64,000 nucleotides of DNA, taken from assembly GCA_951406725.2 (NCBI GenBank), contig OX597818.1, positions 80,724,001 to 80,788,000 of the forward strand. Direction: 5' to 3'. Positions 54,186 through 64,000 of the stretch are shown here, piece after piece. The translations under genes were made by a program, and so were the position numbers. Below the pieces are notes generated by a model. It saw only the letters and a program-made list of their open reading frames with translations. It did no database searches and was not told where the DNA came from. Each line of letters begins with the position of its first letter. The stretch's first letter is position 1. This DNA comes from Octopus vulgaris. Lineage: Eukaryota.

Positions 54186-54397
54186 TTAAATCAGTGTTTC
54201 TCAAAGGGGAGGCCTATGGGACAGTTGGACAAGTTGTTTTGAGAAAATTTGGTTTAAATGTTTGACAACTCAGCACTGTCCATTGGATGGGGGGCAGCGT
54301 TTTGCTTATATATATATATATATATATATACACAATTTAACAAACCTACAAAGCTTTATGCTATATGGATCTGAGTGAAATTATTATTAAATCATAT

Positions 54398-54812
54398 AGG
54401 CATAGTAGTGGCTGTGGGGTAAGTAGCTTGCTTACCAACCACATGGTTCTAAGTTCAGTCCCACTGCGTGGCACCTTGGGCAAGTGTCTTCTACTATAGC
54501 CTTGGACCAACTAAAGCCTTGTGAGTGGATTTGGTAGATGGAAACTGAAAGAAGCCCATCATATATATGTATATATATATATGTATGTATGTATGTGTGT
54601 ATATGTTTGTGTGTCTGTGTTTGTCCCCCCAACATCGCTTGAAAACCTACACTGGTGTGTTTACATCCCCGTAACTTAGCAGTTCGGCAAAAGAGTCCAA
54701 TAAAATAAGTACTAGGCTTACAAAGAATAAGTCCTGGGGTCGATTTGCTCGACTAAAGGTGGTGCTCCAACATGGCCGCAGTCAAATGACTGAAACAAGT
54801 AAAAGAGTAAAA
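54398..54812 (+). mobile_element. SINE family B, full length
   Basis: Head, core and gtaaaaga tail intact. Confidence 0.8.
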
Positions 54813-54917
54813 GAAATATGTATCTCCTACCAAATGTTTTGAGTGCCACTTTCTTTCATTTGTCCTTTCACTTGTATATAAGTATATGTGTGTATATAAA
54901 TATGTATCTATATCTGA

Positions 54918-55171
54918 TGTTTATAAGCCATTTTATGAAACACACAAAATCCATTAGATTCACTTCAGCATTTAAATTGAATTTGTCAAAATATTTTCGT
55001 CGCTTTGTGACCGCGACCTGTTCACTGTCAAAATTCTGTGCCGAGTTGCAGCACGGAATTTCATCAGTGAACAGGTTGCGGTTTCAAAGCGACGAAAATA
55101 TTTTGACAAATTCAATTTAAATGTTGCAGTGAATCTAACAGATTTTGTGTTTCTTAAATGGCTTATAAACA
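54918..55171. repeat. ~250 bp near-perfect palindrome (fold-back element)
   Basis: tgtttataagccattt...aaatggcttataaaca. The mirror-image ORFs 54818..55120(+) and 54972..55172(-) confirm the symmetry. Confidence 0.9.
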
Positions 55172-55261
55172 CCTTCCATGCTGCAATTGTTTTCGTTCCA
55201 GCTCAAGATTTCAGATCAGGTCACTTGCTATGCAAGTACATCTCCGTAATATCTATATCTG

Positions 55262-55294
<33 letters not shown>

Positions 55295-55306
55295 CTATAT
55301 ATATAT

Positions 55307-56180
55307 CATCATCATCATCATCATCATCATTTAACGTCCGCTTTCCATGCTAGCATGGGTTGGACGGTTCAACTGGGGTCTGGGGAGCCCGAAAGCTGCA
55401 CCAGTCCAGTCAGATCTGGCAGTGTTTCTACAGCTGGATGCCCTTCCTAACGCCAACCACTCCGAGAGTGTAGTGGGTGATTTTATGTGTCACCGACACA
55501 GGTGCCAGACGAGGCTGGCAAACGGCCACGCTCGGATGGTGTTTTTTATGTGCCACCGACACAGGTGCCAGACGAGGCTGGCAGACGGCCACGCTCGGAT
55601 GGTGTTTTTATGTGCCACCGACACAGGTGCCAGATGAGGCTGGCAAACGGCCACGATCGGATGGTGCTTGTTACGTGCCCACAGCACGGAGGCCAGTCGA
55701 TGCGGTACTGGCTACGGCCACGTTCGGATGGTTTTCTTGTGTGCCACGTGCCACCGGCACTGGTACCACAAAGATACAAATTCCATTGATGTTCATCTAT
55801 TTTGATTTGTTTTGATTTTCACTTGCCTCAACAGGTCTTCACAAGTGTCACAAGAAGGAAGGTATGCACAGGTGGACTGACTACGTCCCAGGTAGGGGCC
55901 ATGGGTTATGGCCTGACTAGTCTTGCCGGGTCTTCGGATGGTGTTTTTATGTGCCACCGACACAGGTGCTAGATGAGGCTAGCGAACGGCCACGATCGGA
56001 TGGTGTTTGTCATGTGCCCACAGCACGGAGGCCAGTCGATGCGGTACTGGCTACGGCCACTTTCGGATGGTTTTCTCTTGTGTGCCACCGGCACTGGTAC
56101 CACAAAGATACAAATTCCATTGATGTTCATCTATTTTGATTTGTTTTGATTTGATTTTGATTTTGATTTTCACTTGCCTC
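55307..56180 (-). mobile_element. Inverted, highly similar copy of the same RTE 3'UTR tandem element
   Basis: Reverse complement of roughly 50600-51440: same unit, ~61 bp subrepeats and (ATC)n tail. Confidence 0.85.
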
Positions 56181-56278
56181 ATATATATATATATGCATTT
56201 GTGTCTGTGTGTGTGTCTATAGCCCTGTCTATGTTCATTTAAATATTCTTCAATCTGTCCCCTTTGTTTCCATTTCAG

Positions 56279-56475
56279 ATTAAAAGTTTTTGACAATCTA
56301 CCAGATATGTCGGTACTTCTTACCCCTAAACATGGGGCTTATGGTTACTTCCCTGGTGGCATCCATCGTGGGGTTCGTGACTACAACTCAACATACAACG
56401 AACTGAAACTGAATTATTTTGGACAACCAACACGAAACGCACCAGGGTTCAAATTGTTACTGACACCCTATAAAA
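56279..56475 (+). CDS. Coding exon 3: C-terminal half of CUB-like domain
   Basis: Acceptor tttgtttccatttcag, donor A|GTAAAT. AG+A=Arg, then LKVFDNLPD...YNSTYNELKLNYFG...PGFKLLLTPYK, which resembles the CUB C-terminal S..N.L.L.F...GF motif. Confidence 0.88.
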
Positions 56476-56490
56476 GTAAATCCTTATCAG

Positions 56491-56537
<47 letters not shown>

Positions 56538-56551
56538 CATTATTATTATTA

Positions 56552-56752
56552 AAAGGTGACTAGCTGGCAGAATTGTTAGTGTGCCGGGCAAAATGCTTTG
56601 CAGTATTTCATCTGTCTTTATGTTCAGATTTTGCCGAGGTCAACTTTGCCTTTTATCCTTTCGGGGTCGATTAAATAAGTACCAGTTATGCACTGTTGTC
56701 GATGTAATCAACTTGATCTCCTTCTCCTAGCTGCACTTGTGGCAAAAGTTTG

Positions 56753-56789
<37 letters not shown>

Positions 56790-58375
56790 TACTATGATTA
56801 TTATTATTATCATTATTATGAGAAGGCAGTGAGCTAGCAGAATCGTTTGCACGCTGGATGAAATGCTTAGCAGTATTTTGCCTGTTTCTATGTTCTGAAT
56901 TCAATTTCCACCAAGGTTGACTTTGCCTTTCATCCTTTTGGGCTTGATGAAATAAGTACCAGCATAGGGATCAATGTAATTGACTAGCCCCCTTTCCCCC
57001 AAATTTTCAAGGCCTTGTGCCTAAGTACCAGTTACACACCAATGTAATCGACTTAATCCCTTCCCCCAAATTTGAGGCCTTGTGCTTCCTTCCAGTAGAA
57101 AGAACTATTACTATTATTATTATTATTAAAAAATGGTAAGCTGGCAGAATCGTTAGCATGCTAGGCAAAATGCTTACTGGCATTTTGTCCATCTTTTACG
57201 TTCTAAGTTCAAATTCCACCATAGTTGACTTTGCCTTTCATCCTTTTGAGATCAGTAAAATGAGTACCAGTTAAGTACTGGAGTTGATGTAACCAACTAA
57301 CCTCCTCTCCCAAAATTGCTGGCCTTGTGCCAAAATTTGAACTATTGTTTAAGGTGGTGAACTGGCAGAATTGTTAGCGCATCATAGTGATATTTTGGAC
57401 ATCTTTACTTTCTGTGTTCAAATTCTGTCACGGTTGACTTTGCCTTTCATCCTTTCAGGGTCAATAAAATAAATACCACTTGAGTACTGGGATTGATGTA
57501 ATTGACTCATCCCCTTCTTCAAAACTGCTGCCCTTGTGGCACAATTTGAAACCGTTATTATTACCTCTGCCTTACAAAGGCGGAGGTATTGTTTTCAGTC
57601 GTGTTTGTTTGTTTGTCCGTGGACAAGATATCTCAAGAACCATTGGATGGATTCGGAACTTTCAGGGATGTTTGGCCTCGCGACTAGCACGAATTCATTA
57701 GATTTGGGGATTGATCCGATACCGGACAAGGATCTAGATTATTTTTCCTGTTTTTTAACTTAATTTTTGAGAGCGGTTGGGTTCATTTTTAGTATTCTCC
57801 TTTGTGAGAGCAGTCAAGTTTATTTCAAATATTCTCATTTTAAAAATTATCTCTGGCTAATCGTTGAGAGGATGTTGGTGTTGCCTCGGTGGAGGTTTAC
57901 ACTCTATGAGTGCTCTTATTATTAAAAGGCAGCAAGCTGGCAGAATCATTAGCACACTGGACAAAATGCTTAGTGGTATTTCATCCGTCATTACTCTCTG
58001 GATACAGATTCTGCCATGGTTGACTTAGCTTTTCATCCTTTCCGGGTCAATAAATTAAGTACCAGTTAAACACTGGGGTCAGTGTAATCAACTAGTCCCC
58101 TCCCCATAAATTTCAGGCCTTGTGCCTATGGTAGAAAGGATTATTATTATTATTAAGGTGGTAAACTGGCAGAATCATTAGCATTCAAAGCAAAATGCTT
58201 AGAGGCATTTTGTTCATCCTTATATTCTGAGTTCAAATTCCACCATGGTTAACTTTGCCTTTTTTCCTTTTGTGGTTGTTAAAATAGATACCAGTTATTC
58301 ACTGGGATCGATGTAATCGATTTACCCACTCCACTGCAATTGCTGGTCTTGTACCAAAATTTGAAATCATTATTA
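56552..58375 (+). mobile_element. Cluster of about six family A SINEs in (ATT)n tracts within intron 3
   Basis: Repeated heads (aaggtggtgagctggcagaatc-like) and cores. Confidence 0.75.
57558..57917 (+). mobile_element. Helentron-associated (DINE-1/HINE-like) element
   Basis: 5' ttattACCTCTGCC..GGCGGAGGT, (GTTT)n/GTCC microsatellite, 3' subterminal GGTGGAGGT plus stem-loop CACTC-TAT-GAGTG, TT flanks. Confidence 0.75.
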
Positions 58376-58847
58376 CCAGTTATTAAGCAATAGTGGGGGA
58401 CAAACACACACACACATGACAGGTTTCTTTCAGTTTCTGTCTACCAAATCCACTCATGAGGCTTTGGTTAGCCTAGAGCTATAGAAGACACTTGCCCAAG
58501 GTGCTACACAGTGGGATTGAACCCAGAACTGTGTGGTTGTGAAGCAAGCTTCTAACCACACAGCCATGTCTGTGCCTACCTATAACCTACGTTTTTGACA
58601 AAGTTTTCTGTCTTTATGTTTTTTTACCATATTTTCTGTCATGCAAGTTGAATTTTACAGCCAACAAAGGTCAGACTGACTTATACACCAAAACAACTTT
58701 GGATAACCGAAAATTCCATGTGAAATGCAACAGGATTTGAAAAGATAGTCATAATGTTTGAATGTTTCCGCTACATGTTTATGCTATATGCTGAAAAGTG
58801 CAGTACTTTTCTGTTTTTATTTTCATTTTCTATTTTTCCCTTTCCAG

Positions 58848-59012
58848 GAGAAATTGCTCGAAATAAGTGTCCCGAAGGTTTTTTCCATTGTTCCATCCGA
58901 CATATTTGTATTGATTCTTCTCTGGCATGTGATGGCTACCCAAACTGTGGCAGTAAAGATGAAAGTGATGAGGGAAAATGCAGCTACTATGCCGAGGCAC
59001 AGAAGTCAACAT
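58848..59012 (+). CDS. Coding exon 4: LDL-receptor class A repeat
   Basis: Acceptor tttttccctttccag, donor T|GTAAGC. Encodes CPEGFFHCSIRHICIDSSLACDGYPNCGSKDESDEGKC, with six Cys and the D-x-S-D-E motif. Phase 1-1 exon, in frame with exon 3. Confidence 0.93.
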
Positions 59013-59074
59013 GTAAGCACCCACAACTTATTTCAAATGCGCTCTTGAATGCACACACACACACACTTGTGCAT

Positions 59075-59113
<39 letters not shown>

Positions 59114-59984
59114 TGCATGCACACACACACTTGTGCATGCACACACACACACACACACTCATGCACACTCAGATGCATAATCAAACACACACAATTTCAC
59201 ACATGCATGCACACACCAGCATGTACTCACATACATAAACACATATATACACACACAAAACATACATGTACTCACATAATCACACACATACACAAGTATG
59301 TATTGACATACACACACACACACATAAGCATGTATTCACATAATCACACACACACACGTTTATATAATCTCACATATACATACAAGCATATACTTGCATA
59401 CATAATCACACACACTCATACACATGCACTTGTACATACACATACTCACACACGCACACATACATATATACACATACACACCTATTTTGACTCCTATTTT
59501 TGCCTCTAAAACATTTGTCACTTCCACCATCACCTCTACCTCCTCTTCCTCCAACTGCCACCTTCTTTCACTCCAGTCTGGAACTACCCCATACCAACCC
59601 TGTACGTGAAATATGACCAAGTGTGTGCATGTTTGCGCTTCCACACATGTGTGTGTGTGAGACAGAGAGAGAGAGATACAGAACTGTTAGCTCTTAATAA
59701 GTCTTAACGCCATATCCATCACATATCACTCTCTCTCTCTCTCTCTCATTATATATTTGAGCCATAGATTTACTTAAGTCTGCATTTCTTCATTTCTGAT
59801 TGGATATTAGAGAATTTAGAGTGGCTTACATTTTGGAAATGTAATTTTTCAGTAAACTGATGCCCTGTCCTATCAGCATCATCTGCATCCTCCCCATCCC
59901 CCCACAGATCCACATCATACTAGCCACATTACATTTCTACATTACACCTCCTAACTCCAACAGTTCCACATTAACCCCTCCACA

Positions 59985-60265
59985 TAGCATTTCTACATTA
60001 ACCCCTCACCCACACCACATTTCCACATCAAACCCTCCCCACACCACATGTCCACATCAACCCCCCTCCCATGCATTTCCACATCAAACCCTCTCTACAC
60101 TACATTTCCACATCAAACCCTCCCCACACCACATGTCCACATCAACCCCTCTCCCATGCATTTCCACATCAAACCCTCTCTACACCACATTTCCACATTA
60201 ACCCCTCCCCCACACCACATTTCCGCACAAACCCCTCCCCACATCACATCTCCACATTTAACATT
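59985..60265. repeat. C-rich ~28-bp minisatellite with ~85-bp higher-order duplication
   Basis: Recurrent catttccacatcaaaccctc; the block ...ccacatgtccacatcaaccc...atgcatttccacatc is duplicated. Confidence 0.75.
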
Positions 60266-60280
60266 CCTCCACATTGGCCA

Positions 60281-60352
60281 TCCCATGTGGTCTAGTGGTT
60301 AGGATTCCTGGCTTTCACCCAGGCGACCCAGGTTCGATTCCTGGCATAGGAA
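60281..60352 (+). tRNA. tRNA-Glu-TTC: tRNA-Glu (anticodon TTC), intronic; gene or recent pseudogene
   Basis: 72-nt cloverleaf. Acceptor stem TCCCATG/CATAGGA has one C:A mismatch; A box TGGTCTAGTGG; anticodon arm CCTGG-CTTTCAC-CCAGG; T arm CCAGG-TTCGATT-CCTGG. A T-run Pol III terminator follows at 60360-60369. Confidence 0.88.
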
Positions 60353-60733
60353 CACTTACTTTTTTTTTTAAACAGTGGTGCATCAGCTTGACCGCAGCTC
60401 TGAGCTGAAACTAGAGAGAAATAAAAAAAAAAATTAGATTCCATCATATTTCCACATCTTCTCCATCATATATATTTCCACATCATGTTCTTTCTGCCAC
60501 ATATCCACATTTCATTTCATCTTATTACACTGTCCATTATAAGCTGTCACTAAACAAACCTTGCATTTGTGCACCTCTGACAACCAATGCTTTTCTCTCA
60601 TTCTCTTTTCTCTTGAAGATATATTTTATTGGCAACAGTGAGTTTTCAAAGATGTGCATTCACCCACAACTTCTTTCAAGGAACATTGTGGTTTGGTGTC
60701 AACTGAATGAAAAAATGCTAAACGGAGAAAATA

Positions 60734-61299
60734 TTGAGTTGTCTGGAAAGTTTGTACCGATTTTTAAAGTAAAGAAATAGGTCAATAAATACTTGCCATT
60801 ACATTTTTAATCAACCAAATATGAACCATTTTGTTGCACAATGCGTCTCCATCTTACCTTTAACTTGAAAATACCCTCTTCCCAGAATTGAGTGGCTTTC
60901 ATTGCAAAGAATTCATCAAGATATCTTTTTATGTCATCCAAGGAATTGAAATTTTCACCATTAAGACTATTCTGCAGAGACCTGAATAAGTGGAAATCCG
61001 AAGGAGTAATATCTGGTGAATATGGAGGGTGGGGTAACACATCCCAGCTGAGCTGCAGCAATTTTTGTCTGGTTCCCAAAGCATCAAGTGCCGAAAATGA
61101 ACTTTCTTATCTTCCATTTTAAAGGGTTACAAAATTAACACAGGTTATAGGAACATAAACCTTCTTCCACAAAAAGATAGCTTAAACTGTGTTCTAAATG
61201 GGGGTGTAGTCAAATCCCATTTTATGAGCTCAACCATGTTCTAAAATAAGTCGAAAGGTAAGCTACTATAAATCAGCACAAACTTTCCGGACAACCCAA
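60734..61299 (-). mobile_element. Internally deleted mariner (mellifera-like), 566 bp
   Basis: TA-flanked TIRs ttgagttgtctggaaagtttgt / acaaactttccggacaacccaa. MEDKKVHFRHLMLW is joined directly to GTRQKLLQLSWDVLPHPPYSPDITPSDFHLFRSLQNSL. Confidence 0.92.
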
Positions 61300-61630
61300 T
61301 ATCTATGTAAATTCCTTTATAGTTCCAAGGTATTTTTAAGAATAGTAGGCCTAAAACACTGACTGGTTTGATAGCACCACTTGGTCTGTGGGTGCCCTTT
61401 GCTAGATTTGCTCTATTTCACAAAATTTTCTTGGAAGCATAACCTTCAGATATCTTCTACTCACCTTCATTAGCTTACGAATGTTTCTCTTGTAAGAAGT
61501 AGTGCTCTCAGAGTTGAGTACTTGCACAACATCTTATAGTTTCCTCAGAAGATTGGAGTGTAAATAAATAAGTGTTTCTCTCTATCTAGTTAACTATATA
61601 GCTATTTATCTATTTACTTACTTATGTTTG

Positions 61631-61962
61631 AAGGCACATGGCTCAGTGGTTAAAGCATCAGGTTCACAATCATTGTGTAGTGAGTTCGATTCCTGGGCCG
61701 GGCTGTGTGTTGTGCCCTTGAGTAAGACACTTTCGTTCATGTTGCTTCAGTTCACTCAGCTGTAGAAATGAGTTGTGATGTCAGTGGGGCCAAGCTGTAT
61801 TGGCCTTTGCCTTTCCCTTTGATAACATTGGTGGCATGGAGAGGGGAGGCTGGTAGACATAGGTAACTATTGGTCTTCCATAAACAATCTTGTCCAGACT
61901 TATGCCACAGAGGGTAACTTTCTAGGTGCAATGCCATGGTCATTCATGACTGGAGAGGGTCT
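61631..61962 (+). mobile_element. tRNA-derived SINE (family C-related)
   Basis: A box TGGCTCAGTGG, B box GAGTTCGATTCC, then a ccttgagtaagacactt core. Confidence 0.65.
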
Positions 61963-61976
61963 TTACTGTTTTACTA

Positions 61977-62068
<92 letters not shown>

Positions 62069-62092
62069 TGTGTGTGTGTATATATATATATA

Positions 62093-62548
62093 CTAGCAGC
62101 ATAGCCCGGCGTTGCCCGGGTATGTAAGAGCCTCTAGTAGGCAACGACTAATCCCAATCTAGTCCTTTCCCTCTAGGGAACGAAGGCGCATGTGTAGATT
62201 GCAATGTCTTCTCTTCACTCGAATACTTCTGTGTATACGATGTTCCTAGCTGTCCCTTTTGGCGAAAACATGAAAACATCATTGCACCTCCCAATGCGTG
62301 AACAGCCCACGTACAGCCCAGAAAATGTGTTGCATATAAAAAGCTTAGATTCTTGACCCCATGTCGAATTTATCGATTTTTTCAGAACTTGGGAACTTTT
62401 CAAAATTTTCGCTGTGTTAGTTTTGAATTGTGACATTGGGCTATGTTTGTGTCAAGTTTCATCAGAATCAGTTGAAAGCCGTGGTCAGGGTGAGGGTACA
62501 ACCTGACAGACACACAGACAGACAAACTGCCGTTTATATATAGAGAGA
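62093..62548 (-). mobile_element. Non-autonomous Helitron
   Basis: On the minus strand: 5' TC(TCTATATATAAACGG...), 3' hairpin CCCGG-GCAACG-CCGGG followed by CTAG, inserted between A and T. Confidence 0.85.
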
Positions 62549-62572
62549 TATATATAAATATATATATATGTT

Positions 62573-62617
<45 letters not shown>

Positions 62618-62825
62618 ATATATATATATGAATAAAAAATGGAGTTAACGCAGGTTTAAACAAGTATTTTTACTTTCTACATATGTTTAAAAATTCCACT
62701 GATACTTATTCAAAAGAATAAAAAGTATAAACAATGCAATCTTCTTTACTTGTGAGATTTTTGCTGCCCTGGTAACTATTCATTCATTTATCCGTGTTAA
62801 TTGTTAACAAGGTAAAATACACTCA

Positions 62826-62859
<34 letters not shown>

Positions 62860-63600
62860 TCTCTCTCTGTCTCATTCTGACTGGATTAACCCTATGTCTC
62901 TTCCACAGCAAGACACCTGTTTCTGTCCCTCTGTCACACTTTAACCTCTCATCACCTGACACAAGACTTCCTCATCCAGTACCCCACCCCACCCAAAGGT
63001 TCTTTATCTTGCAAGTTACTCACTGACCCTTCCACCACAGGTGCCATGTAAAAGACATCAATTATACACTTGTGTAGATATACACCTCACCTGCTACACT
63101 CTTCAGCAGATAACACACTTATCAGCGATAACCATAAAATGTTATGTATCTACATTATCACTTTCTATATACCGTTGTTATTATGTTAAACTGTCATATG
63201 TCCAAATTTGACCAAATGCGTTTTCTTTTTCACTATTTAATTTTGCTTGCAATAGCCAGTTCTTTTGGTCAAACTATCATATCTCCAAAGCTATGAAAAT
63301 TGTCAAAGTGTAGTACAATGATTTAGCATTTTTCAAAAGTGTAGTAAGTCCCACATATGATGGTTTCGTAAAAATATTTCTGACTGAAAATATCATACAT
63401 GCATGGAGTTACGATTTTATGCACCCAACAAAGTATTATTGTTAAGCTGAAAGTGTTGCTAATGTAAAAAAGAAATGGAATGGTGAAACTTTTTTCGTTT
63501 TCTGAAAAAGCAACATTTTGGACTTATGACACTTTTGCATAATAGCAACGGTATATATACATAGACACACATATATATACATATACACACATATATACAT

Positions 63601-63723
<123 letters not shown>

Positions 63724-64000
63724 TCTATATGCACACACCCAGGCCAATGCATTTGTGCACACACATAACCACACACATACGTACACACACATCTATATGC
63801 ACACACCCAGGCCAATGCATTTGTGCACACACATAACTGCACACATACATACGTACACACATATATACCAGTACATGTAACACATATCACTCCACATAAT
63901 GTACACACTGGATCACTTACACACATGCACACACACACACACGTCCACATATTTTTCAGTTTTCCCATGCATACATACTCATACACTTGTCCCCAATCAT

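Noticed and set aside
62900-63060. Acceptor-like ttccacag as next coding exon
   Set aside because: Downstream sequence resembles repeat-derived DNA seen elsewhere (compare 24830-24890) and gives no transmembrane-like or conserved peptide.

Overview
AT-rich, microsatellite-dense eukaryotic DNA. The SINE, RTE and mariner repeat landscape suggests a coleoid cephalopod, probably Octopus (inference). Nearly all ORF-track entries are microsatellite or repeat artefacts. One well-supported + strand gene spans the window. Four phase-compatible coding exons (29200-29275, 52856-53144, 56279-56475, 58848-59012) encode a signal peptide, a divergent CUB-like domain and an LDL-receptor class A repeat; the gene is 3'-incomplete here. 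Other features: an intronic tRNA-Glu(TTC), four decayed Tc1/mariner elements, RTE and R4/Dong-like LINE remnants, a Helitron and a Helentron-type (DINE/HINE) element, MITEs, and many tRNA-derived SINEs. The most interesting signal is a set of small dispersed elements (about 200-450 bp), mostly beside (TA)n tracts, that carry type I hammerhead-ribozyme folds with covarying stems. They occur as monomers, as one partial tandem unit and as long head-to-head palindromes, one with a non-canonical core. This looks like a Penelope-like or retrozyme system. A young RTE-derived tandem array and its inverted copy bracket coding exon 2, a possible dsRNA, editing or circRNA substrate. All folds and alignments were done by eye.
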